Shown here: piece by piece, positions 19,787 to 30,931 of the stretch
Numbering within the stretch: position 1 is the stretch's first letter
Layout of the letters: the number at the start of each line of letters is the position of its first letter
DNA from: an uncultured Chloroflexia bacterium
GTDB lineage: Bacteria; Chloroflexota; Anaerolineae; JAAYZQ01
Reading direction: 5' to 3'
Length of the DNA stretch: 64,000 nucleotides
Assembly (NCBI GenBank): GCA_963700285.1
Contig: CAVOXA010000001.1
Location: 576,001 to 640,000 of the forward strand
Made by a program: the position numbers and the translations under genes
Notes under the pieces: model-generated
What the model was told of the DNA's origin: nothing
Seen by the model: the letters and a program-made list of their open reading frames with translations, nothing else
The model's database searches: none

Positions 19787-20805
19787 TGGAAGCCATCCAC
19801 GTTCTTTCTACGCTCCGTTTTGCTGAGGGCCTGCTCCAACAGCTGCGGTCCGTGTCCCCCTGCTTGCACGTGATCCAGCAGACCTGCCACGACGCTGGAG
19901 AAGTGGCTTCTGTGCTGGCTGGCCATCCTCAGGTGGAAGTCCTGTATACTTTTGATCTGCCCCCGGATGTCCTGGAACTGGCCCCCCGTCTGCGTTGGAT
20001 CCAACTTCACAGTGCTGGTGCGGAGCATGTGATGGACAATCCTGTTGCTGCAAGCAACGTGGCGATCACCACTGTGAGCGGCATTCATGCCACGCCCATC
20101 GCCGAATATGTGCTTGCCTCGATGCTGGCTCATCGCTGGCAGGTGGCGATGTGGACAAACTGCCAGCGCGAGGGCAGGTGGCCGCAGGGTAGGTGGAACC
20201 TCTACTCCCGCCCAGAGCTTCGGGGCGCTACTCTGGGCATCGTGGGCTATGGCAGCATCGGCCGGGAAGTCGGCCGGTTGGGTCGGGCCTTTGGTATGAG
20301 GGTGTTTGCCCTGCGCCGCACGGTCGGGCGACCCGACCAGGGTTATGCTGTCAGCCGCACCGGAGATCCGGAGGGTAGCATCCCTGAGCGTTTCTACCCG
20401 GCTACTGCGCTGCACCGCATGCTGGCCGAGTGCGACTATGTGGTCGTAGCCGTGCCCTTGACGCCGGCGACGACTCATTTGATCGGGGAGACCGAGCTTC
20501 GGGCCATGAAGCCGACTGCCTACCTCGTCAACATCGCCCGTGGCTCCATCGTGGACGAGGCTGCGCTGGTCCGTGCCCTGGACGAGGGGTGGATCGCGGG
20601 TGCGGGACTGGACGTGTTCGAGCAGGAACCACTACCTTCTGACAGCCCGTTGTGGGAAATGGAGAACGCCCTGATTTCGCCTCATGTAGCGGGCTTTACG
20701 CCACGCTACGACGAGCGGGCCACGGTGCTCTTTGCTCAGAACCTGGCCCGCTACCTGGCCGGCCAGCCGCTGCTAAACCTGGTGGACAAGTCGAGAGGGT
20801 ACTGA
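19786..20805 (+). CDS. D-2-hydroxyacid dehydrogenase family protein
   Basis: GIVGYGSIG, NIARG, LDVFEQEPL and SPHVAG motifs. Confidence 0.92.
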   Translation: MEAIHVLSTLRFAEGLLQQLRSVSPCLHVIQQTCHDAGEVASVLAGHPQVEVLYTFDLPPDVLELAPRLRWIQLHSAGAEHVMDNPVAASNVAITTVSGIHATPIAEYVLASMLAHRWQVAMWTNCQREGRWPQGRWNLYSRPELRGATLGIVGYGSIGREVGRLGRAFGMRVFALRRTVGRPDQGYAVSRTGDPEGSIPERFYPATALHRMLAECDYVVVAVPLTPATTHLIGETELRAMKPTAYLVNIARGSIVDEAALVRALDEGWIAGAGLDVFEQEPLPSDSPLWEMENALISPHVAGFTPRYDERATVLFAQNLARYLAGQPLLNLVDKSRGY

Positions 20806-21585
20806 TGGTAGCCTATCCGGAGACTGCTCAGAGAACCAAGGGCATCATCTTTGACCTGGGCCATACGTTGATGCATTTGGACAGCACGTGGCCGGAGGTA
20901 GCAAAGTACGGGGCGGCCGATCTGGCGGCTTTCGTCCAGGGGCAGTCACTGGGGCTGGATGGGCACATCTTTGCCCAAGCTGTGCTAGACCGCCGTGCGG
21001 AGGGTTTTGCCCGGGCAAAAGAGACGATGCGTGAGGTACCGGCTGAGCGTACCATGCGCTGGGTCTATGCCCGCTTTGGCATACCGGATCCAGACCCGGC
21101 TCTGGTGAGGGACAGCATCGACGCCTTTTTCGCCTACGAGCACAGCCGGTGGCAGGCCGACCCGGAGGCAACATCTCTCCTGCGCGAGCTGACGGGGCAG
21201 GGGATGCGGCTGGGGCTGTTTTCCAATGCCACCGACGACCGCTTCATCCAGAATCTGGTAGACCGCCTGGGCTTCCGGCCCTGGCTGGATCCGGCGCTCA
21301 GTTCTTCCGGAACTGGCGTCCGGAAACCGGACCCAACGGCCTTCATGCCCATCCTAGCTGCCTGGGATCTGTTCCCTGAAGAGGTGGTGATGGTTGGCGA
21401 CACGCTGGATGCCGACATCCTGGGTGCCCAACAGGCAGGAATGCGCAGCGTGTGGATCCGGTCCCGTGAGGATGCCCGCCAGGATGGACGTCGGCACTGC
21501 TGGAACCAGCGAGCAGGTGCCGATTCAGCCTGACGCGACGATCTGCCGCCTTGGGGAACTGCTGGACTGCCTGAGAAAACTGTAG
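20805..21585 (+). CDS. HAD-family hydrolase (frameshift at about 21490)
   Basis: FDLGHTL, FSN, RKPDP and GDTLDADILGA motifs. The C-terminus PDATICRLGEL is in another frame. Confidence 0.85.
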
Positions 21586-21670
21586 CGTAGGGCAGTCCTT
21601 GCCCGCTGGCTGTCCCAAGAGTCGACCGGTTAGCCCTTCCCCATCCTTTTCAGATTCTCTACTTCCTGGC

Positions 21671-23402
21671 TTAGGATGCGCCGCAGAATGGCGATGGATG
21701 CCGCATAGGTGGCATCCACGCCAAAGTAGGACAGGCTCTTGGACAACAGCGATCTGCCGCCGGCTGTAGGGCGTGTCCGAGGCATAGTGGATCACGCCAA
21801 TGTCGTAGGGCGCGTTGATGAACAGGTTGACGATCTCGTTGATCGGGATAGCGCTTGGGATAGATGTTTTCATAGACCCCGCTGAGGTAGGGCCCCGCCT
21901 CCATCTCGATGTCGGTGTAGCCCTCCTGGTAGAACACGCCCACAAAGTCCTTGTTCTGCAAAAAGGTGCCGCGCACCGTCACCGCCTTCTGGTTGTCAAA
22001 CACGCTGCCCTGGGTCAGATAGGGCGCGACGTCGCTGGCGCAGGAAGCAGTTCTTGAACAGGAACGTGTTCTGCGAATGCTCGTCATAGACCACGTTGGG
22101 GATCATGACGTCGCCCACCTGGCCGTTGAGGGTCGCCGCCTTGCCCATGAAATAGACCCCCTGCAGCTCGCCCAGGTTGGCAGCGACCTGGCTGAAGATC
22201 TGGTAGGCGGCCATGCCCAGCGGATAGTCCACGTTAAAGATGACGGCGTCGCTCTCCTGGAGGGCCTCCAGACCCGTCGACGCAGACCCGCCGGTCAAAG
22301 CCTTCGGGGCGCAGGGACTTGAGTTCGATGACCTGGGCCGCCACGTCCAGGTAGAGGGGATTCTCGACGTGCAGCAATCCCCGCTCCCGGTGGAAGCGGT
22401 ACATGGCTGCTTGCTTTGCTCGCCTGCGTCTCGGCGTCGCCGTGGCGCAGGTACTTGCCCAGCGCGTAGTAGAGCAGGTTCTCCATAGACTCGTCCGGCT
22501 CCTGGCCGGCCTTGAGGCGCTGGTAGTGATGCCACAGGTTCTCCGGGTTGACCTCCTGCAAGAAAGCCGCCAACTCGTCCTCGATGGCCAGGGCATAGCC
22601 GCCCAGCAGGTTGACCAGGCTGTGGGTATTGGACGAGACAAAGTAGACCGGCCGGTAGAAAAGGTCGCTGTGCAGGTAGCGATCGACCTCCTGGGAGATC
22701 GGTGTACCACCAGCCGTCGGTGGCCCGACGATAGTCGGTCAGCGAGCCGGCCAGCAGCCGGATGGCCATGTCCTTTCGCTCGCGCCCGGCCTGAAGCAGG
22801 TTGGGCCACAGCGCCGGCCCCCAGGCGGCCTGGAGCTTGACAAAATCGTCGGCCGAGATGCCCAGAACGTCGGCCACATCGCCTACCTCTTCGGGCGCCA
22901 GCGGCTCGCCGCCCGGAGACGTGGGCCTCGATGCGGGCCAGCATCGGGCGTGTTGGCCAGCCGCATCGTGGAGCTTGTTCCACTCGATCTGGTAGGCCGT
23001 CAGCATGGGGATCAGGTCGTCGATGTCGGACACGCTGGCGATAAAGGCGGCCAGGGTGCTCTCGCCGTCAAAGAACATCTTGCGGCGGCGCGAGTGGGCC
23101 GTCACCGGCTGCCACTTTTCCACATCGGGAAAGCCCCGCCGGTCGAACACCTCGTCCGACTGGCCCATGAGCACCAGGTCGACCTGCGGCAGGCATTGGG
23201 GCAGGCGCATCACGCTGTAGACAAAGGCCGAGATGTCGGGCGTGGGGTCGTCGGCGCCGACGTGCAGGCTGGAGTTCATGGCCGAGTGGGTCTCTTCCAG
23301 CGAGCGAACGCGGATGTCGCTGGTGGATCGCAGCAGCGAGTAGTAGGTGCGCATGTAGAGTTCGATCTCTTCGTTGCCGCGAGAGGGTATGTCACGGATC
23401 AT
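21671..23402 (-). CDS. Conserved hypothetical protein with C-terminal nucleoside-phosphorylase-like motifs (possibly DUF6909); several frameshifts
   Basis: EIELYMRTYYSLLRS N-terminus; NVDYPLG, FMGKAATLNG.VGDVMIP and IEMEAGPY motifs. Joined from ORFs 21996-23402, 22295-22573 and 21671-22087. Confidence 0.6.
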
Positions 23403-23624
23403 CCGTCAATCTCCTGTTTGGGCACGTTGCTCGCTCACCCAGTTTCGCTGCAGGCCAGGAACAGGGTCTCGTGCCCGACATGCGCTCATCGCAGGTCACC
23501 GATGCAGCCGCGACCAGCGATCTCTAGCCTTGCAGGCGGAAAACGTCTGTGCACGTGGTCGCTGTAAACAACGCCCCAGTTGGTGGTCGTGTCAGGGCGT
23601 CACCAGTACAAGGCGGCAATGTCT

Positions 23625-24050
23625 CTACTCGTCCAATGCCTCGTACTGCTCGGGCATGTCCAGCTCCACAACCTCGCCGTGGGTGTTGATGATCACCCGG
23701 AAACCCAGCATGCCCAGCCAGGCGCGTGCGTCCGTCGGGCAGCCCTTGCTCGAGTCACCTGGTCCATGTTCTTGATCGAGGCGTCGATCATGGCCTTGGT
23801 AAACAGGTCGTCCTTGCCCAGCATCTGGAGCATGGCCTCGGTGGCGATCTCTCGGTGGGCCATGAACTGCTCGCGAAGCATCTCGATCACCTGCCGGTCC
23901 ACGGCTTCCGATTCGACGTGGCGCCGGAAGCCGGCATCATCGACGACATAGTTGGGCACGTCGCCGACCATGACCACATCGACTGGGTTGCCCTCCTCGT
24001 CCTGGACCAGCCCGGCAAAACAGCGCGGTCCGCGGGGTCGAGTCTGTCAT
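23625..24050 (-). CDS. Hypothetical protein (about 140 aa, frameshifted)
   Basis: AAGGAGG RBS. Coherent protein-like segments DEEGNPVDVVMVG...DQV and WLGMLGFRVIINTHGEVV are split across frames. Confidence 0.55.
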
Positions 24051-24132
24051 GCGATACCCTCCTTCCATTGGGTATGGGAAAGGGCAGCGACTGACGCATC
24101 GCTGCCCTCCCCGCGAAGCAATGTGCGATTCC

Positions 24133-24207
24133 TGGTGGACCCGGCCGGATTCGAACCGGCGATCTCCTGCGTGCAAAGCAGGCGCCTTCCCGCTAGGCCA
24201 CGGGCCC
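24133..24207 (-). tRNA. tRNA-Ala(TGC)
   Basis: 75-nt cloverleaf, anticodon arm CCTGC-TT TGC AC-GCAGG, G3:U70 identity pair, CCA encoded. Confidence 0.96.
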
Positions 24208-24215
24208 AATCGATG

Positions 24216-24302
<87 letters not shown>

Positions 24303-24311
24303 CATGATAGC

Positions 24312-24788
24312 GGACGCAGACGGGATCATACCCCCGATTCTGTCAGCCTGCTCCCAGGGCAGAGGGCTGCCGTCATCTGTCTCACTCCACACTCGGAGTG
24401 GCGGCTCCTGACTTGCCGGGTGTGACCCGGCCTCATCGTCGCCGCTGCGACGAGACCGAACCCTGCGCGACCGTCGGTCTGCCGCTGGCCCGGCCCACTC
24501 GCCTTGCTCCCGGTCGCACGCTCGCCTAGCCGGCCGTGTCGCCACGACCGCTGGTGGGCTCTTACCCCACCGGTTCGCCCCTTACCGGCGCTCCAGAGGG
24601 AGCGCTGGCGGGAATGCTTTCTGTTGCGGTTGTAGTCAGGACGCGGCTCTCGCCGGCCTGCCCCCACTTGCTGTTTCGTGGGGCGACCTTGTCCCGCACC
24701 GGAGCGGGACTGGGAGTCGGGAAGTTCCTCTAGGCAACAGACCACGTTGGAGCTGCTTGCTGCCCAGCGACGGCTCACCCATCTGCCC
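24312..24788 (-). ncRNA. rnpB: RNase P RNA
   Basis: GAGGAACUUCCC (P4 5'), CAACAGAAAGC, GGUAAG...GGUGGGGUAAGAGCCCACC, GGAGCAAG and ACAGAAUCGGGGGUA (P4 3'). The ends GCAGAUGGG/CCCGUCUGC can form P1. TGGTATAAT -10 at about 24797-24805. Ends are approximate. Confidence 0.88.
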
Positions 24789-24947
24789 AACTGGAGATTA
24801 TACCACGAGACCCGGCTGCTATCAAATACGGACCATTCCGGTGCCATAGACGGTCTGGGCACGTGTAGGCATGGGATCAAATACACTTGACAGTTCCGGC
24901 CAGATGCGGTATCTTGGACCGGAGAAGGAAATGGGGATCTGAGAACC

Positions 24948-26042
24948 TTGCAACGCGAAACGGGACCGTATTGGAAGACCTGGATCAAGCTCGCGCCACT
25001 ACCGTTGGTGGCGCTGCTGGTCGGTTGCCGCCTACTGGCACACAAGGACACCCGTGTCCAATCCGCCAGTGGGCGCGCCGCCTGTCCAGTCCGGCGTGCC
25101 GGCCACATCTCTGACTGCCACACCCTCTCCCATTCTGACGGCTACGCCTACGCTCACTCCCACGCCTACTGCAACATCGACCGCAACTTCGACGGTCACT
25201 GCCACAGCCGCGCCTACCCATACACATACACCCACTTCCACGCCTACCACGACTGCTACGCCAACAGACACACCCACGGCCACCCACACGCCGACGCGTA
25301 CCCCTACCCCGACGCCCCTGCTGCCCAACGCCCGACGGCGTCGACCGCCAGGCGCGCGTGCCGATCCTGATGTACCACCACATCGATGAGCCGCCGACCG
25401 GGCGCCGATGCGCTGCGCCGCGACCTATCGGTCACGCCCAAGAGCTTTGAAGAAGCAGCTTGCGCTACCTCCAGCAAGAGGGCTACGAGTCCATCACGCT
25501 CAACGACCTGGTCCTGCACCTGACCATCGGCAAGCCACTGCCTGCCCAAGCCGATCATCCTCACCTTCGACGATGGCTATGCCGATGCCTACACCCATGC
25601 CTTCCCGCTGCCTGCAGCGCTTTGGCTTCACCGGCACCTTTTTCCTGATCACTGCGCCGATCGATGCCCAGAATCCCGATTTTCTCTCGTGGGACCAGGT
25701 GGAAGAGATGCACGCTGCCGGCATGAAGTTCGAGCCCCACAGCTACGACCATCCCGACATGCGCAACCGGGGCTTTGACTTTGTCGTCTTCCAGATCCTG
25801 GCCCCCAAGGAGGCCATCGAAGCCCGCACCGGCGAGACCTGCCGCTTTTTTGCCTATCCCGTCCGGCCGCTACGACCAGTTCGTCATCGACGTGCTGCGC
25901 TCGGCCGACTATCTGGGGCGCGGTGCTGACCGAGCAGGGCGCCACCCACAGCCTGGATGACCTGTTCGAGCTGCGCCGCGTCCGCGTCCACGGCGAGGAC
26001 GACCTGGATGCCTTTGTCCGCACGCTGAACCTCGATTGGTAG
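24948..26042 (+). CDS. Polysaccharide deacetylase (NodB-type) with signal/lipoprotein peptide and Pro/Thr-rich linker; frameshifted
   Basis: [24 protein letters not shown]...HSYDHPD and FAYP motifs, plus a TPT linker. Confidence 0.8.
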
Positions 26043-26059
26043 AGTATCTGGGTACCACG

Positions 26060-27848
26060 ATGTACTTTGACGCGCTGACCATGGCCTGCGTGGCCGACGA
26101 ACTTGCGCGGCTACCATCCTCGGCGGGCGGGTGCAGCAAGTTCTCCTGCCCGACAGGCTGTCGGTGGGGCTGGAGATCTATGCCCAGCACCAGCGTCACT
26201 ACCTGCTGGCCTCTGCCCACGCCGAACTGGGCCGGCTGCTCCTGTCCTCTGAAAAGCTGCGGCGGGGCGTGGACAAGGAGACCGGCCTGCTCCTGCTGCT
26301 GCGCAAGTATGCCCGCGGCGCCAGCGTCTCGGCCATCGAGCAGCCGCCCTTTGAGCGCGTCCTGCGCCTGAGCTTCGACCATCCCGAGTGGGGCTGCAGC
26401 GAGCTGGTCGTCGAGGTGATGGGCCGCCACTCCAACATCATCCTGGTGGGCCCCGGCCAGCGGGTGCTGGATGCCGTCAAGCGGGTGGGGCCGCACATGA
26501 GTTCGGCCCGCCCCATCCTTCCGGGACCGGCCCTACGCCCCGCCCCCTGCCCCAGGCCAAGCTTGCGCCCTCTGACCTGACCGAGTATCGCCTGCCAGCA
26601 GATTCTGGAGGGTCACGGGCCCGGGGACCAGGTCTGGCAGGCGCTGGTCGAGCGGCCTGCGCGGCATGAGCCCTCTCCTGGCCCGCGAGATCACCTTCCG
26701 CGCTCTGGGCCAGGCCCCGGGCCAGGATTGCCGAGGTGGAACGCCTCACGCCTCTTCTGGAGGCGGCCAGGTGCCTGCTCTCGCCTCTCGACCTGTCCGC
26801 GGCGACCCGATCTGGCAGCCTACGGTTGTGCTGGAAGAGGACCAGGTCGCGGTCTATGCTCCCTATCCACTGACCCACCGGGGCGAACCGCAGGCCATGC
26901 CTTCCATGAGCCAGGCCATCGAGGCCTATACCCGCGGCGGCCGCCAGCACAGATTCCTACGCCGCGGCCAAGCACCCCGTCCAGGAGTCCATCTCCAAGG
27001 CCCGCGTCCGCCTGGAGCGCCGCCTCGAGTCTCTGGATCGTTCGCTGAGGCAGGGCGACCAGGCGGACCGCTGGCGCCAGTGGGGGGAGTGGATCCTGGC
27101 CTACGCCCACACCATCACCCCGGGCCAGACGGAACTGGTGGCCGAGACCGGCGGCGACAAACCGCTGCTCATCCCGCTGGACCCGCGAGATATCGGCCCG
27201 CGGACAACGCCCAGGCCTGCTTCGCCCGCTACCGCAAGGCACAGCGGGCCATCGGAGGGCGGCCCGGCCCGCCTGGCCGAGGTCGATCTGGCCTTGCGCG
27301 ATCTGGAGCAATTGGAGACCGACCTGGCGCTGGCCGATAGCCGCCCCGAGATCGACGAGGTCCGGACTGTCCTCGCTCGAGGCGGGCTACATCCAAGCAG
27401 AAAAGACGAAAATCATCCATAGTTGCCTCCAGCAAGCCGCTGTCCATGACCTCGCCGGATGGTCTGCCGCATCCTGGTGGGCCGCAACAGCCGCCAGAAC
27501 GACGACGTCACCTTTCGCCACGCGAAAAGCGACGACTGGTGGTTCCACGCCCGGGGCGTGCCTGGCGCCCACGTCATCGTCCGCTCGGCCGGCCAGCCGC
27601 TCCCAGAAGCGACGATCCGCCGGGCCGCGGAACTGGCCGCCTTCTTCTCCGGCCTGCGCGACGACGCCTTCGTGGTCGTGGACTATACCCTGCGCCGCCA
27701 TGTGCGCCGCATCCCCGGCGCTGCGCCCGGTCTCGTGACCTATGTTCAGGAAAAGACCATTCGTGTCAGCCCCTCGGGCCCGGACTCGACTGCTCCGTCT
27801 GGGAGCCAGCGACCCGGCGAGGTAGCTCGGGAGCCTGAAAGAATATGA
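26060..27848 (+). CDS. rqcH: Rqc2/NFACT ribosome quality-control protein (multiple frameshifts)
   Basis: MYFDALT start, EQPPFERVL, EVMGRHSNIIL, ILVGRNSRQND, WFHARGVPGAHV and PGLVTY motifs. Confidence 0.85.
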
Positions 27849-28705
27849 CAGCCACGGCCTCAACCGGGGCAGATACGATCATATTCCTCCATATTCACAA
27901 GACAGCGGGTACGACGCTGCACCGGGTCATCGAGCGCCAGTACCGCCCTGAGCAGATCTGGACCCTCGACGAGCAGAACGGTTTCGACGACCTGGTAAGC
28001 CTCACAGAAGCGCAGAGAGCCCGGATCCGCATGCTCAGGGGTCACATGGAATTCGGCCTGCACGAATTCATGCCGGCGACGACCACCTATTTCACCCTCC
28101 TGCGACAGCCCATCGAGCGTGTCATCTCCTTCTACTATTTCATTCGCCGCAACCCCAACCACTATCATTTCGAACCCATCGTCAACCAGGACCTGAGCCT
28201 GGGCGACTTTTTGGCTACCAGACAGAACAAGATGATGGACAACGGCCAGACCAGGGTGCTGGCCGGGGCCCGGAACAACGACTATCCCATCGGCGCCTGT
28301 ACCCCGGACCTGCTGGCGCTGGCCAAACAGCATCTCAGGGACCATTTCTCGGTCGTAGGCCTCATGGAGCGCTTTGATGAGACCCTCCTCCTCCTGAAAC
28401 AGGCCTACGGCTGGCGCAACGTGCGATACGTCCGCCAGAATGTGACCACCAGCCGCCCCTTGCAGGCCGACCTGCCGCCATCCACCCTGGACCTCGTCGC
28501 CGAATACAACCAGCTTGACCTTGAACTCTATGACTATGCGGCGGCGCTCTTTGAGGAACAGATCCGAAAGCAGGGTGCCCAGTTCGCCGGGCAAGTGCGT
28601 TCCTTTCAGGCAGCCAACCGCGCTCTGGCCCGTCTCATGGTCCTGGACCCAAGGGGCCACGGCCGGCGCATCCAGGACGCGCTGCGCCAGCGCAGCGCGC
28701 GCTGA
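27845..28705 (+). CDS. Sulfotransferase family 2 protein
   Basis: 5'-PSB motif FLHIHKTAGTT, 3'-PB motif RQPIERVIS and NQLDLELY. Confidence 0.85.
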   Translation: MTATASTGADTIIFLHIHKTAGTTLHRVIERQYRPEQIWTLDEQNGFDDLVSLTEAQRARIRMLRGHMEFGLHEFMPATTTYFTLLRQPIERVISFYYFIRRNPNHYHFEPIVNQDLSLGDFLATRQNKMMDNGQTRVLAGARNNDYPIGACTPDLLALAKQHLRDHFSVVGLMERFDETLLLLKQAYGWRNVRYVRQNVTTSRPLQADLPPSTLDLVAEYNQLDLELYDYAAALFEEQIRKQGAQFAGQVRSFQAANRALARLMVLDPRGHGRRIQDALRQRSAR

Positions 28706-28756
28706 CCGCCCGCGATGCGCTGGGACCATGAAATCCAACAGTTCAGGGAGGAAGAA

Positions 28757-29035
28757 ATGACAATCGAAGAACTAAGGGCCTTGGTCAAGCCGGACCAACT
28801 GAGCAGCCAGCACCTGACGGCCATCTGGTATGACCTGCACGGCGACTGGGACACCGCCCATCGTATCGTCCAGGAGATGGTCGACTCCAACGCCGAGTGG
28901 ATCCATGCTTACCTGCACCGCAAAGAGCCCGACATCGGCAACGCCAAGTATTGGTACCGCCGCTCGGGCCACGCCTATCCCGGCAGCATCGGCCTTGATG
29001 ACGAGGTGACGGCCATCCTTGCTGCTTTGCCCTGA
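28757..29035 (+). CDS. Small conserved hypothetical protein
   Basis: GDWDTAH...WIHAYLHRKEPD..NAKYWY motif and GGAGG RBS. Confidence 0.75.
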   Translation: MTIEELRALVKPDQLSSQHLTAIWYDLHGDWDTAHRIVQEMVDSNAEWIHAYLHRKEPDIGNAKYWYRRSGHAYPGSIGLDDEVTAILAALP

Positions 29036-29062
29036 TTCAGAAGGGGGACGGGGGGCGGTGCA

Positions 29063-30085
29063 TCAGGTGAGGCTGGCGGAGGAAGGCCGGGCATACAGAC
29101 CCTCTGCCAGCGCCAGGTAGTGCCGGTACTTGGCCTCAATATCCGCCTCCCAGCCCGCCGACCAGCCCACCAGCCGCCTATCCAACCCCCTGGGCAGCTC
29201 GTACAGGTAGCGGGCCAGACGAAGGACCCACCACACCACCAGGATCTGGCAGTAGGTCTGGATGCGCACCAAAGCCGTGGCGTCCCCTACCAGGTCGTAG
29301 TAGGCGGTCGCAAGCGTCTCCCACCGCCAGGCGGGGACCTCTATATAGGCCACGTGCGTCAACAGGTTGGCTACGTCAAAGGCCGGGTCTCCCCAGCCGC
29401 TGTATTCCCAATCCACTGAGGCCCAGGAGCCCGAACGCCGGACATAGTTGGTGATATTGTTGTCCAGCCGGCAGAGCGCCGTAGGCGGCTTCGGCCATTC
29501 TGGAAACTGTCTATCCTCGAACCGCGCCAGCAGCGCCTTCAGGGGGGCATCCTGCGCGTCCTTGGGGATATGCTTCACCTGCCGCCTGACAACGCGTTTG
29601 CCTTCCTCAGCGCTGCAGACATGGATCCTGCTCTCTCTCAGCGCCAGGTTGACCCGGTCCGGGGTGACTGCATGAACCAGAGCCAAGTGTTCCAGCACCC
29701 TATGCCACTCGGCCGGGGTCTCCGGGGCGCGGTCCTTCACCTCACCATCCAGCCAACTCTGGACCACCACCGGCTGGGCATAGCTGCTGCGATCCAGCAA
29801 GACCGGCCGCGCAGCAATCGACAGGCCTGCCTGGCGCAAGACCGTCAGCGCGCCATACTCTCGGCCGGCCCGGTCGCACTCATCCGGCACCGTAAACTTG
29901 ACGGCCAGGTCACCCCGGGGGCCTCTGGCCTGATACAGAAGATTGTTCCGCCCGCCGGCGATGCGCCTGATCCGCCAATCTCCCCACGCCGTCTCGCCGT
30001 CCCAGTCCGCGCCCGCCAGGTACTCCAGCAGCGGGCGAACGAGTCTCTCCTGTCCCTGCTTTGGCAGGCGACTGGGCATGCTCAT
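29063..30085 (-). CDS. Aminoglycoside phosphotransferase/choline kinase-family protein
   Basis: GGRNN, VKF, RLDNNITN (HxDxxxxN position) and VDWEYSGWGDPAFD. Confidence 0.8.
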   Translation of the reverse strand: MSMPSRLPKQGQERLVRPLLEYLAGADWDGETAWGDWRIRRIAGGRNNLLYQARGPRGDLAVKFTVPDECDRAGREYGALTVLRQAGLSIAARPVLLDRSSYAQPVVVQSWLDGEVKDRAPETPAEWHRVLEHLALVHAVTPDRVNLALRESRIHVCSAEEGKRVVRRQVKHIPKDAQDAPLKALLARFEDRQFPEWPKPPTALCRLDNNITNYVRRSGSWASVDWEYSGWGDPAFDVANLLTHVAYIEVPAWRWETLATAYYDLVGDATALVRIQTYCQILVVWWVLRLARYLYELPRGLDRRLVGWSAGWEADIEAKYRHYLALAEGLYARPSSASLT

Positions 30086-30877
30086 ACAGAGGCTAGGCCG
30101 CGGAATCTCTGGGGCTTCTGCGCGATACAGATAATCGACGTGCCCACCGGCAGGTTCACCCAGCGCAGTACCTGCGACTCGGTCCAGGTCACGCCGCTGA
30201 GGATCGTATTCAGCAGCGGCGGCGCCGGCTCCATCTCTACCTGGTACGATTCGTCGTCAAAGTGCGGCGAGCCCAGCTCCGGCTCCTGGTCAGCGCCCCG
30301 CCGCAGCAGGACCAGCGCCGCGGCCATGGGAAACACGAAAAAGTTGTTGTAGGTCATCCGCCTGATCTGGAATCCAAGCTGCCCCAACCGGTCCCCCAAC
30401 TCCTGGGTCGTATAGCGCCGCTTGTGGTCGTTTAGCACGTCGTTGTGGCTCCACAGCCACATGAAGGCCGGCACCGTAACCACCAGATGCCCGCCCGGCG
30501 CGCAGACCCGATAGCACTCGCCCAACACCGCCATCTCGTCATCGCAGTGCTCCACCGTGTCCAGCAGCGACACCAGCTCAAAGGCATCGTCCTCGAAGGG
30601 CAGGTCCTCGGCCACCCCCTCGCGCACGTCGTAGCCCCGCTCGCGGGCCACCACCAGCGGCTTGGCATTGTTGTCCACACCCACCACCGGACCATAGCGC
30701 GCCAGGTGGTGGAACATGTTCCCCGCGCCGCAGCCGATATCCAGCACCCGCTGGCTGCCGTCGGGCTTAACCTCGCGGTCAAGCATATTCAGCAGCGACC
30801 AGGTCCGCCCGGCGAACCACCAGTGGTTGTCTTCCTCGATCTCGGTGGGTATAGTCGGTGTTGTGTTTGTCTGTCAT
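30082..30877 (-). CDS. Class I SAM-dependent methyltransferase (N-terminal frameshift)
   Basis: HWWFAGR, VLDIGCGAG and VTVPAFMWLWSHND...HKRRY motifs. Confidence 0.88.
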
Positions 30878-30894
30878 AGTCTTATCAGGCTCCT

Positions 30895-30926
30895 GTTCCG
30901 TGGTTCGTGTTGCGTGGTTCGTGTCC
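30895..30926. repeat. Short tandem repeat spacer (TTCGTG-type)
   Basis: gttccgtggttcgtgttgcgtggttcgtgtcc between two genes of an operon. Confidence 0.55.
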
Positions 30927-30931
30927 GGCGT

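Noticed and set aside
25100-25320. Thr/Pro-rich repeats as a DNA repeat element
   Set aside because: Explained as a low-complexity protein linker of the deacetylase.
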